Of a DNA stretch of 64,000 nt, positions 12,786 to 25,260 are shown piece after piece. The stretch comes from Chiloscyllium plagiosum (lineage: Eukaryota). The DNA is taken from contig NC_057751.1 in the NCBI RefSeq assembly GCF_004010195.1, positions 17,771,768 through 17,835,767 of the forward strand, written 5' to 3'. Each line of letters opens with the position of its first letter. Within the stretch, counting starts at the first letter, position 1. Both the position numbers and the translations under genes were made by a program. The notes below the pieces were generated by a model. The model saw only the letters and a list, made by a program, of their open reading frames with translations. It had not been told where the DNA came from and searched no databases.

Positions 12786-14695
12786 CGGCACACCTTTGCC
12801 AGCAGAGTGGTGGGAAATGTCCCATTTAACACAGGCAAAAGCAGAGCAGAGAACATTCAAAATTGGAACCAGAATATATGATGAGAACTAAGACGGATGG
12901 ACGAATGTTCGGAAGGACCCTGATGTCGATCTACAGCAGCCCTTATCACAATCAAAGTTGATTTAAGCAGGCACTTGCCATGCCAAGGCAGTGGGACAAT
13001 GGCTGGGGAAACGTGAATTAGAATAGTGAGGTAGTTGGCACAGACTCAATGGGCTGAACAGACTTTTCCTGAGCTATTGATCTGACTGAGAATGCTTTCC
13101 TCCTTGGCTATCTCCACTTAATCCCCTCCACAACCAACCTTTGTCTGAGGGAAGAAATTCTAAAGACACACGTCTTTGGGATGAATAGAAACATCCGATT
13201 CCTCCTCAAGGAGGGGTCGATATGGAGTCAATTGCAGGCCAGACCAGATGATGATGGCAGATTTCATTTCCTAAAAAGACGTGAATGAAACTAATTGGGT
13301 TTTTCCACCAACTGATAATCAGTTAAGAAGTAATTGGAACTGAGATTCAGTTAGTTTTGCAGAGTTTTTAATCGGTTTCACATTCCTATGAAAGGCCTGG
13401 TTTGAGATTTGATCCCATGTCGGACGAACATAGGCTGACACTCCACCACCCTAGCATCCTACTGGCCGCTTTGAATTATTCCAACTGAATCAATTTGTAA
13501 CTGTTTGGGCTGAAAGCTGGACTCCTGTTGGGCTGCACGATTGGGTCGGGAGTGATTTTGCCCTCATTCTGATACTGTCTCCCTGTCTAAATGCCTCCCA
13601 GCATGTCTCTAGACATTACTGCGAGGTCAAGATGCTGAGGCAGATCGATAACAATCCGATTAAATGAGGTAATGGGTTGGAGAGAGGACTGAATGGACTG
13701 AATCACTGTCTGAGTTGGGCCCTAGATTCCACCCTTCTTACGTATGAGTTCGGGATGGGATCTGGGATCCATCATAAGCTGATTTCATTTCTCCCTTCGC
13801 AGCTTTTACTTGATATTGCTCGAGATGGTCCAGAGTTTGGCTCCCCGATGGGATTTGTCGTACATCTAGTCCGAAGGTGGAAGTGGCAGGTGGTCAGCGC
13901 TGGTCATGGCGGTCTCCTCTCTGATACAAGAAGTTGGGCAACATGAGGACACCACTCAACCACAAATCTTCGCCCATCACCACCGCCATCTCTTTCACTT
14001 GGCCGTGAATATCTTCTCCACTGCCCTTCGCCCACACAGCGCTTTACCTAATGTTAACCAACAACTGTGAGGAACTCAGACATCCAATTGCTCAGGCAGC
14101 CCATGTCCTAGCAGTTGGGGAAGGGGCCCGTTCTGAAATTTCGTGGCAGCCAGGAAGTGATTGGATGTGAAAATGAGAATCATCTTGTTGGAAGCCTGAA
14201 ATGGCAAAGGTAAGTCAGCAAGTCTGTGGAGAGAGAGGGAGAGAGATGTGCGCGTGCGTGAGAGGCAGAGTCGACATTTCAGGACCAGCCACTTTTCTTC
14301 AGCACAATCATGTTTTCTCTTTTTGAATCAGAAACCAGTTCAGTTGGATAAATGTGTGTGTGTGAGATAGAGACACGCAGACAGATGATCAGACCCTTCA
14401 AAGTGCAAAGATGGTAGGGTGGTCTCAATCAGTCTCCAATTGCCGCTCAAATGACAATGGTTTTGCCAAGGGGAGTAATCCACTGGACGGGAGTGGGGGC
14501 GGTGTGTGCTAATGACCGTGTCACTTGTCGGAACCCATTTTCAAGGGAGTGGGTTAGTGGAATTCGGATCCAACTCGGCTGAAAAGAGGGATCAGGTGCT
14601 CATTCACATATCATTATGCATTCGGGGCAAATTTGTGAAATTTAGCAGGGGAGGGTGGCATTTTCTGCAACCCTTTATGATTCCATGGACATACC

Positions 14696-15251
14696 ATGAA
14701 GGTGTCCTCCTTGCTGTTATATCTCTCACTACTGTATCTGGCTGGACACTGTTGCCTTGCGTGGCAATCTTTCGACTGTTACACAGGAGGGAAGACATGT
14801 CGAGGGGAGTGTTTTCAGCACGCCCGTTCCGGGACTCTTGCTTCCATCATTCCCACCACCCTGCTCGTGCAATTGGTTTTGACAGAGCCTGCTTTTCACC
14901 TGAAATTCACAGGCAAACGTTCATCAAGTCAAAGCAGTACAAAGAACATCTGGAAATCTGATAAGAAGGTAGAAAACGTTGGAGAAACTGAACAGGTTTG
15001 CAAGCATTTGTGGAGAGAGGGAGAGAAATTGAGTTAGCGTCCTTGGTCCCGTGTGCCATTTGTTTTCAGGTGCTGTCGTCCGTGCATATTATCGTCAGGA
15101 GATCTTGCTCTCTCAAGCAAGCCATCTCCTGCAATTTTAATGGTTCGGTGGCGTCGCCCCCCTCCTCCCACCCCCCCCCACCCCCATCAGTTATGATCAC
15201 GTTTTCTCAGCCGGTATTCATCCAGATGGGTTTATTCATGACGACCTATGA
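14696..15251 (+). other. Candidate small secreted-protein gene or pseudogene (4 putative exons; family unknown)
   Basis: accATG plus signal-peptide-like MKVSSLLLYLSLLYLAGHCCLA; putative exons 14696-14789, 14913-14968, 15070-15142 and 15211-15251 join in frame, but the first donor is GG rather than GT. Confidence 0.3.
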
Positions 15252-15692
15252 GATGGTCAAAGCATTCATCGAGACATCTGCCTGAAACGCTGCGTCAGAA
15301 AAGTTGCAGTGAGATTTAGTCCGATCAGTGGCAACATGTCAACAAAGTTAACGGTGCAGAACGTTGTGCCAACAATGTAATATTCATTGGGCCCGAGACA
15401 GAACAGGGCGTCTTGAAAGCTTTGTAGTGACCAGGACTCACCAACAGCACCGGTTTTAAAATTTCAGAGTAACTACTCCAACAGACCAATTTGACATTTA
15501 CATGTGACCCGAAAATTTGAAATGTAGCAGTACTGCAATCAGATGTATGAACACATTATAGAGAGAGGGCACCCATTGCCAGTTGTAACTTGCTGCTTGA
15601 ACCTTTATAGTGCGAAAATGTTTCAAAGGAAAACGATCATGCAATATTTTGTTTTGTGTCAGAATCAACCATTTAATCTCTTAGCTTGTTTC

Positions 15693-15695
<3 letters not shown>

Positions 15696-15738
<43 letters not shown>
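15696..15738. repeat. (CA)n microsatellite
   Basis: About 21 perfect CA units. Confidence 0.95.
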
Positions 15739-15740
<2 letters not shown>

Positions 15741-17004
15741 CCTACCGTTATAAAGAGGCGATTTGAAATGCCAAGGGCAGACGGGAGTGGATGGCGACAG
15801 CATTGAGTACTTTGGGCTCCAGGGTTGACTGGTGCTCCAGGAATGAAGCCACTCTAAACTGGAGCGGGGCACTGTCCCCGTTCAGCTCCAATCCAGGTGT
15901 GGGAGCAGCTCCTCAGGAAGAAGTTACCTTCTGGAGGAGCTCAGCACTGTCAGCTTACTAATCTGCGCTCGCTTGTGCAATAGACTGTTGGAATCAGTTG
16001 GAGAAGAGTAATTTTATTTATTGATATTTCATTTTGCTCTGGTTAAACACGAAAAGGCGACAACTCTTCTTCATGGGTAAGTGTAGGGGCTGTTTGTACG
16101 ACTTGACCCTGTCATTCAAGGATTTCAAGCAAAGGGTCGACGCCACTGTGTAAGGTGTCTTTGGATCAATTCTTTGATCCTGGGGAGTGGGAATAAGCAG
16201 CAGGGGGCAAGTCAGAGGAAGTAACTTTCTAATACAGCTGGGGAGTCGAAAACTGAACTCCAGTGAGCTCCAAGGCGCCTGCCCAGCAGATCTCTGCATT
16301 GGTACTTTGACTTATTGACACGGCCTCTCTGCAATGGTACATACTTTGAGTGAGTAAATGAGGAAGTCATGATTCAAAGTCTGAGACTCTATCCTTCTCT
16401 GTGTAATTATATTCTTTTATTTAATGTCATGCAATGCACCCCTCCCCTCAGCCGACCGACACTGCTCACGTTTCGACAGGGAATCACTCAGAGATGAAAC
16501 AGTCCATTGAGAGATGAGTCAATCCCCATCAAATTGCTTACGCAGTCCTGTCGGTTGGGTGCATTGACGCCAGATAACTTAGATGACCCCGTCCTCCAGA
16601 GGGATGTTTCCATAGACCATCAGAAGTAAAGGATGTGGAAAATTAGGGGACTGTAGGGCGACGCCACGTAACAGGTAATAAAATGTATAAAATCATAGCG
16701 GGTCATGCAACTCAATATTTCCCGCACTAACCGTTGCTCTGAGAACTACATCCAACTCCTCTTTGAAAACATAGAATATTTTGCAGCTGTGGCAGAGATT
16801 TGCACAGACTCCTGCACTCTGTCTCTGGACATTTACCCCATCTCATTCCAAGTCCTTATTCTCTGACTGTGATCCCTGGTTCGGGACTTTCCCTTTTTGG
16901 TCATCAGGAAAATGTGTCCTGCAATTGTCCTTAGCAACAAGCCCACCTGCAATGTGATATCTATTGGAAATATAAGAACTGCAAGAGAATCGTGAAAGGA
17001 TAGA

Positions 17005-17906
17005 TTAATAAATTGATCTGGTTAATTGATAAATCTGAGTAAATGGATATGCCAGCACTTTTCTTAACTGCTGTCTAAATTTAGTTTGGGTCGCGGTATA
17101 AATTGCAGTGTTGGTGCAGCAACTGAGAAGCTGCAGGACAAAACCCAATTCTTGCACATAAATGGTTGGATTTAGATTCGTTATCGACATAGATTCCAGC
17201 CGCCAGCTGACGGAAAAAAACATATGCAGTGACCATAGGAGGATAAAATTGGCAGAGAGGAGGAACAACAAGGTCATAGACTTTCTTCGACTCTCCATTT
17301 CTTGGTCTCTGGTAGCCTGTGCGTTGCTCTGAGTCCGGAGTCGCCTGCGGGCTCTGCTGGTCACTAAAATATGTCTGACCGTGAAAACATTAAGGAACAA
17401 TATCAGGACAAATGGAACACATGGATTTAAAACAACAAAAATGAGTTCAATTGCGCCATAAACTCCAGACCACTGACCAGTAGATGTTACCAAACAAAAC
17501 CAGGGGAAGTTATCCTTCCTATACCAAACCTCAAACATAAAATACCAGAACATATTTTTTACACAACTTGTCACAGTCACTGTTGCCAGAACCACAGTCG
17601 TCGTTTCCTTGCTGAAATATCTACTTTTCATCTTCTGGCAACAAATTGCCATAAATCGATCAAAGGTGAAAATAACTGTGAACCAGACAGAACAGTCAGT
17701 GGCTGCATATACCAGGACAGCGTGGATATTACACATATCGAGGAACATCAGGGCATAAATCGAATAAGTAATTGGCATGTGCCTCAATATCAGATCAATA
17801 ATAATGACGGAGAGATCAGCAATAGCCATAGCCAACAGGTATTGAGTGATACATCTAGATAGCCCGCAGTTTCTGCGAATCAGGATGAAAATTGTTATTG
17901 CATTAG
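17005..17906 (-). CDS. GPR139-like: GPR139-like GPCR exon 2 (end of TM1 to C-terminus)
   Basis: ORF 17005-17835 extends upstream in frame (NAITIFILIRRNCGLSRCITQYL) to the AG acceptor at 17908-17907. Confidence 0.9.
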
Positions 17907-20900
17907 CTGAAAAGAAGGAAAGGAAACAAAAAATCAGACATCAGCCGATAGGTGAAGACATTAGTTTGATTGAAAATCTTTTGAGATTTATGCATTTGCT
18001 CATCAACAGAAATGTTTGCATCTGAATTGCAAAATGACATTGTCTGATTTTCATTAAATGAGTTCAAACGACAGGGAGAACTCTCTCCTCAAACAGTAAG
18101 TTGTAAGACAGCAGGTTACACTCCAAGCAGTTCATCTGAAATCACAATATTTTGTTGTGTCGACCCTTCGTTCCCTCAACCTGTTGAAGAGGCGGCACTC
18201 CAAAAGCTTGTGACATGAAATAAGTTTATTGGACGAAGACTTGGTGTTGATGGCTTCTGGGTTTGTTCACCTCAACCCAAGAGTGGTATGTCCACCGTGC
18301 TAGGGCGGCACGGTGACACAGTGGTTAGCACTGCTGTCTCACAGCGCCAGAGACCCGGGTTGAAATCCGGCCTCAGGCAACTGCCTGTGTGGAGTTTCCT
18401 CCCACAGTCCAAAAATGTGCAGGTTAGGTGAATTGGCCATGCTGTACGACACCGTAATATTAGATGAAAGGATAAATTTAGTGGAATAGGTCTGGGTTGG
18501 TTGCTGTTCGGAGGGTCTTTGTGGACTTGTTGGGCCGAATGGCCTGTTTCCACACTGTGAGTAATCTAATCTAATTTCGTCACTCCTCATACCAACAGGT
18601 ACATATGCACAAGCTCATGTACGAATCTGTCACCATTAGATCATCGCAGAATAGACCCTGATCATTATTTAATATTCCATAATATGGAGGATATAAACAT
18701 TGTGAGACTGAAATATGCTATACAATTGCCGAAAACACAAACACTGTTTGAAAATTTCTTACTGTTTTGTTGCAAAATCGAGTCATCCCCTCTGTCTATC
18801 TGTGTGTGTCTGAATTCACGTGTTTGTGTGCATGTGTGAGCGTGTGTTTGTGTACGCTAGTTTGAGAGGGAGAATTGGACAATACAATGTATAGAATACT
18901 TAATACAGTACATAATGCAGAAGATAGAGGTGAGATTCAGTGCTCAGAGAGAATCGGGGAGGGATTTGGAGAAAACGGGATTGACAGTGGAACTGAGACG
19001 TGGCGGACTTGGAAGTGATGGGAAGAGCAGACTCACAATGGAGCAGCAAGTGATGGAGGGTCTGAGGTCATAAGGTCCTGAGACTGATGGAAGTGCCAGC
19101 AGTACTAGGTGTACATAGATTTACCACTGATCTGCAAGAGGTCGGGGAACATAGAGTGAGAACAGAGCTGTAATTGCCAGGGAAGTATCAATTGGCAGCA
19201 GAGCTAACCGTGATAAGGAATAACAGAGTAATAGAGCAGTGTGAAGCGACAAGATAGTTGTATTGCTCAGCTACGGCATTAGTTATCAGGGAAGTATGTA
19301 ATGCAATGGTATAAGGAGTTAAAGGATAGGATGGAGAAGCGCAGGATTATGCAGTGAGAGGGAAGTGTGCAATTTAAGAAACATTAGTGTCCTTGAATTC
19401 TCATGCTTTCATTCAAATCGATAAGATATCTCAAACAGGTAAAAGTATACAGATATTCTTAGTGGCAAAAGTAGTGGCTAACTAAAGTAGAACTAAAGAA
19501 AACGAAGGAAATGTAAAATTATTCAGTACAAAATGGAAAATGAAGTATTGACTGAAGACTTCAGGCTTTAGAAGAGACGTAGAATTGGGAGACAAACATA
19601 ATTCTGGAGAGGATTCTGGATTTAAACATTTTTCACTTACGGAACAAAGTAGAAACAACACTGCGTGCTTATGCACTCCCTTTGTTTTAATTTAAACATG
19701 CAATGTAGGTAGCAGTGGTCAGGGGAAAATATTCTGCCCATTCCTTGTTGCACAGAGGACATTTAAGGATCCACAGTATTGCTGTGCGTCTGGTGTCATA
19801 TGTAAGCCCCACCAGATAACGATGGCAGATTTCCCTACACTAAAGGGCACGTATACCAGATGGGTTATGCTCGAACAATTGAAATGGATTCGTGACCATC
19901 ATTAGACTCTATGTTCAAGATTTTGTTCTCGTTGAAGTCAAATCCCATTCTCTCGAAAGGCAGGCTTTGAATCCAAGTCTCGACCTACTCTTAGGAATAA
20001 TCAGTTACCGATATTCCCACTAACCCGTCGTGTCCCATTTACTAACAAAACACGAATCAAGTTTTGCCACACTCCAAATTCCACTTTAGATGAGAAACTG
20101 TTGCCCAACCATGGCAGAGTAGATCGTTGAATCCTTCTCCAGACAAAAATTAACTGCAGTATAACATTTCAATCACTCAGGGACATCTTTCTGCAAAGTT
20201 ATCTGACATCCTGAAGAAAGATAAATAAATTCAGCGGGCTAGTTAGTTTCTGTGACTTTTCAGTCTCTCAGAGCTGCCCAGAGGAATTCTTCTCAACATA
20301 AGCATTCCTAATTTCCTACTCAAAATGCAAAAATATATATGCAGTGGCATGGACCATTTTTGGACCATCCACTCGAGAAGCGTTCGGAATCCACTGAGAG
20401 GAGGAGGTACACGGGAGAGAGTGCAGAGAAGATTGATCAGGATGTTGCTCACTACTACAGAATGTTTGATATAAAAAGAGATTTCACAGAGTGGACTAGT
20501 TTTTCTTTCGTGTAGCAGCCAAAATCCGAAGTGTTGGCCATCGCTCAAAGAAATAAGGAGGCTGAGATAGTAACTCGGATCATTAAAATATTTTTGACTA
20601 TTCAAATATAGTTTTTCAGCGATCAAGAAACTGATAGGCCAATCTGTGAACAATCCGTAGAAACCTTCAAAACACAGAAATGAGTGGCGTGCTTTTGTTG
20701 GCAAAGTTGGGGATGGGCATGTGGTGTTTATTCATATGGAAAGACGAATTTAGATAGGACATTTGTGAATGCATTTCCGAAACAGCAGAGGGAAAAAAGC
20801 CAGAGAACATCTTAATTCCTGCACAGTTTCTTGTTGGATCGATAAGCATCCTCAGGACGAGCAGACCTTATATGAGGCTTGTCTCGTGGGTTCAATAACT

Positions 20901-21213
20901 GAGTCAGGAAATTAAAGGTAGGAATCAAAAAATCACTGAGTCTCAATCGAAACAACGCTAGCAGGGAATGTGACACAACGAATGAGCAGGGAGTGTGACA
21001 TAACGAATGATCAGGAATACACTCTTGTTAAACAATCAATAGCTGAATGGGAGACTTACCAATGACTCCAACAAAAGCCAGGATTGGGTACGAAAAATAC
21101 TGGATCACGAAAATCAAGCTTGCGAACCAAAAGTCTGACACAGTCGCCTTAGAAAGAGCGTAGAGAGACCAGGATAAATCCCTATCCATTGTCACAACTG
21201 TCCAATCTCCCAT
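17005..21213 (-). CDS. GPR139-like: Intact two-exon class A (rhodopsin-family) GPCR, GPR139/GPR142-like, 351 aa
   Basis: Exon 1 21213-21060 (51 codons + 1 nt, donor G|gtaagt); exon 2 17906-17005 (acceptor tttccttcttttcag|CT), phase-1 compatible with no stops. Seven hydrophobic segments: YPILAFVGVIANAITIFIL, YLLAMAIADL, SVWFTVIFTFDRFMAICC, TM4, LNPCVPFVLILFLN, RRKSMTLLFLLSANFILLW, LQLLSCCTNTAIY. Confidence 0.9.
18175..18300 (+). mobile_element. Decayed Penelope-type terminal fragment (second family) in the GPCR intron
   Basis: Similar to 52700-52824 ('ttgtga...aa...ttgga...tggtgttg...tccac'). Confidence 0.5.
18303..18575 (+). mobile_element. HE1-type SINE (internally deleted) in the GPCR intron
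   Basis: gggcggcacggtgacacagtggttagcactgctg...; tail taatctaatctaat. Confidence 0.85.
20370..20530 (+). mobile_element. CR1 ORF2 fragment in the GPCR intron
   Basis: 'gagagagtgcagagaagattgatcaggatgttg' = ERVQRRLIRML, a CR1 motif. Confidence 0.6.
21060..21213 (-). CDS. GPR139-like: GPR139-like GPCR exon 1 (N-terminus and first half of TM1)
   Basis: MGDWTVVTMDRDLSW...IQYFSYPILAFVGVI followed by a canonical gtaagt donor at 21059. Confidence 0.85.
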
Positions 21214-21826
21214 TCTCAGATCCTATCTCTGCTCTCGTTCTTTCTGGAGCAGCTAATCCCTGTTCGTGTTGAAGATCACGCTCTCACTGACATTGTGGGA
21301 TTACGCGCTGAAAACTGCCTCTTATTAAGGAAAGAGGGCAACCCTCCAGTGACACAATTAGGATCCACTGAGGGTGAATATTAGTCGCTCAAGAAAACAG
21401 ATCTTTGAATAAGCTGACTTTAAACCTTAGTACTATATTTACCTCAAAAGGCATAACAACTTTTCCTCCCGAAATTCATAAACTTTCGCAGCTTGGAAGC
21501 AAACAGTTTGGCTTATCCGCTGATCAACAGTGCTCTCTGTAGGGCAGAAAGTGAATGCCAATATATTCTGAATCAAAATTTTATCTCTCTGTATCTATGT
21601 CTCTCTCTGTCTCTGTGTCTCTCTGTCTCGCCCTCATTTGTGCACGAATGTTTATGCTCTGTCTGAAAATGTACTGCCATAATTTGAAGGCAACTAAATA
21701 CAACCTGTAACACCTCAAATTAATTAGAATTATTTCTGTCTTTCATTGATCCAGCAGCACATGCGTCAATTACTTCAATGTCAGGCGTGAAACTGCTTGT
21801 GTCTGTGCTCCCATGAAGGGACATTT

Positions 21827-22208
21827 AGGAGACACATAGTGGCTCGGTAGATGGCATTGCTGTCTTACAGCGCCAGAAACCTTGGTTCAAATCCAAGCTC
21901 AGGCAACTGTCTGTGTGCAATTTGTACGTTCTGGACGTGTCAGTGTGGGTTTCATCTGGGTGCTCTGGTTTTGTCCCAAAATCCAAGAATGTGCGGGTTT
22001 GGAAAATTGGCCATGCTAAGTTTTTATGGATGTGTAGATTAATGTGTACATTAATCTAGTGTATATGGAGTAGGGCCTAGTTTCACACTTTAAGTAATCT
22101 AATCTAGTAATTGGGCCGGGTGAATGGGTCTCGGTGGGTTAATCTTTGGAGGGTCGGTGTGGACTTATTCGTCGAATGCCTCACAATGTAGGGATTCTAT
22201 GATTCTAA
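21827..22208 (+). mobile_element. Decayed HE1-type SINE(s)
   Basis: 'gtggctcggtagatggcattgctgtcttacagcgccag...ggttcaaatcc'; tails taatctaatcta and attctatgattcta. Confidence 0.7.
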
Positions 22209-22644
22209 GTTCAGAAGCTCACAGTTGCTACAAGGGAAGACCTTAAAAAAGATAGATATTGATGGGGTAGAAGGGAGAAAGAGAGAGAGAAAAAAAACCT
22301 CTGTCCTGAGTTTTTTTTTCAAGGATAGTTAAACTGAAACATAGTTTAAACAGACCTCCAGCATGAGTAAACTTCCCCCAAAATTAAATAAGTTGCTTGT
22401 CTGTCTGAAAGAAGCCTGACCTTTCGTTAAAGTAATTCAGTGGTACTGAATATGCTGCAAACTTGATAGTTCACCCTGTTTAGATTTACAATTTGGTTTC
22501 TATCATGGTGAGTCAATGATCAGCTTCACAGGAGGTTGACGATTTACTTGTAATAATGGATATCACTTAATATCGCTCCTTTTTCAACAAAGAAGACCTA
22601 TTTCAGTTAGTGCAACAATTCGTTGTGCTGGTCTCACAAATCTA

Positions 22645-25260
22645 CAAGCATTGTACAAGAGCAGGCCTCTCGCCTCTTTAAGCCTGCTCCAGATGTCAAT
22701 AAGAGCATGGCTGATATAATTTATACCTCAGCTCTGTAATGTGCGTACCCCTGATGATATTTCGTTGCAATTCACACGGAGGATTTACCTTACTCTGCCG
22801 TGGAAGTATTGAAACATTCTACGCCCACTCTGTTTTGATACAAGAGTTGCACGAGAGCTTCAGCCTGAATAGAGAAGAACATTTCCTCGTCTCTATCTGA
22901 AATGTCCAACCACTCTTTTTCAACTCTGACCATTTTGCTACATTTCCGCACAATAGGAAATATCCTCTCCCAGTGGACTGAGTCCAGTCTGCTCAGATCA
23001 TCTGTGTTTACATGAAGTCACCATTGACTTCTGAACGATAAGGATACTGACTGGTTTGATTTTCCTCATACGGCAAGCAACTCATTTGATTTTTGTCTCA
23101 AAGATTTGATATGGAGGTGATGCACTTTTATTTTCAACAGAAATCTTACAGATACTCCAACTTGTATCGCATCCACAAGCCTCCCTATCGTCAAGAGTTA
23201 CCCTGATTACCGTTTGAAAATGTCTTGCTCAGCGAACACAACTCGATTTGGTTCATTTTGAAGAGTATCTGAATTTATTTGATTAAGCTGATTAGTTACT
23301 GCCTTTTATGAGATCTCTATATATTAACATTGATGCTGATCTCCCGAATCCACAGTCAACTGTTCCTTGAAATTTTCGCACTTAGGAATTGCTTTGGTGT
23401 ACCCTGAGTGTTCTGAAGACTGCCGGACTACATTGGTTCTACAGCAGCGGTCTAACTCCTGCCAGACAAATTTGTATTCTCTCTCTCTCTCTTTCTCTGA
23501 TACAATTTAGGTCGTTTAGGACTGAGATGACAAGAAACGTCCTTAACCAGAGAACGGCGAGCCTGTGGAGTTCTCGGCCATACAATCTGTGGTCAAAACT
23601 TTATGTATCTTGTAGAAAGAGTGAAATACATTCCTTCCGGTCTTTAAGATTAAAGGAAACGTGGTGAATCTGGAACGAGGACTGAGTTGAGCGTGCGGCC
23701 ACGATTATATTGAATGACAGAGCAGGCTCAGAAGACTGAATAGGCTGCTACTGTTCCTATCTTCAATGCATTTTTTCTGGCAATCGGCTCTACCAAGTGC
23801 TCATTCAGTGAATCAGTCTTCGCTTGAGTTAATTGAATCATCTAACTGATATTACTTTTTTATATAGTCACTGAAAATTTTCAAATCAATCTCATCAAAT
23901 ATACGTGTCAAGCATAGTGATGCACTTCGCTCCTTATATTTTGTCAACAGCAACATAATTCCACGAACAATTGACTTAAACCAGTGGGTCTGCGTATGCA
24001 TGTTTGCACAATGAAGTATTATTGTATTGTCTCTGGGTGAAGACATTTCCCCTTACCTCAGTTTCAAATGGCCCACTCTGTTTCCTCAGCCGGTGACACT
24101 TGGTCTGGACTCCCTAGTCATCAGGAACATGCTTACCATATTTACCTTATTTAGTCCCATCAAACTTTTGTAGATTTCTAATACATCACCCCATTACTCG
24201 GATAAGTTCAAAGTGAGTTCTTCGTTCATCAGTCATGCAACCTTATGGGTGCCGTTGCTGAACATTTGTTGCATTCCACCCATCTCGAGAAATCCTTCTT
24301 AGTGTGAGGGCACCAAACAGTGCAACATTTTCCAGTTGGAGCAAGACATACCCGCTCCTGTGCACCAATCCTCTCGCGATGAAAGTCATCATTCCATTTG
24401 CTTACATCACCGCCCACTGCTCCTGAATTGCTGACTTTTATCCCAGGTGAACGAGGGCTAAACAGGTCTTGCGGCAGCTCCCTCCTTTCCAAATCAATTA
24501 CCGCTCAGATAATAACCCACCTTTCTGCTTTTGTTTCGAAAACCTCACATTGATCCACATAATACTTTACCTGCTGCAATGCCTTTCACGACTCACTCAA
24601 CGTGCACAAACCACACTGAAGCATTATTAAATCCTCCTCATATCTTTGTGTTTCGGTAAAGTGAAGAGATGATTTTAAGATCTTGCCGCTAATCATGAAT
24701 GATTACTGTAAATAGCCTAGGTCCTATTCCTGATCCGTAGTGTCCTGGCACTGATTTCAACGTTACCACAATCGTCAAAAGGTGTCTGACATAAAATACC
24801 CAGTTAATTCCCACATTTCGTTCCCTGTCTGTCAGCCCATTCTTTCCCCACGCCAGTGTGTGACACATGTTTCAGTTTTGCTTCCAAACCACTCCTGCAG
24901 TACCTTATGAGAGGCCTTTTCAAATAACCGATTTCCATGAGCATCTCTAATGGTTACATCCTTAAAGCAAAACTCCAGTGAATGTGCCAAGTGTTATTTC
25001 CCTTTTGGAAATGTGAGCTGATTCATCACAATTTTTCAAGGTGCTCACTTCTTAAAACAGCCAGCTGTGACTCTAATCTTTTCCCTCGTGACTGATGTCC
25101 GGCTAACAAGTCTATAATTCCCTGTTTTCAATTTTCCTCCGACATTAGAAAAAAAAGAGTGGTTAGAAGATCTATCCTCCAGCCTTTCAGAGCCTACTTC
25201 TTGACATATGAGCAACAACGCATTCCGTCATCCAGGCATTCCAGGACTTTAAGTAATCTT
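22645..25260 (-). mobile_element. Cluster of old CR1 LINE fragments (mostly minus strand; plus-strand 3' end at ~23500-23770)
   Basis: FRSFRTEMTRNVLNQRTASLWSS (+); minus-strand remnants resembling the WCPH motif and NYRLVS ('ggctaacaagtctataatt'). Confidence 0.6.
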
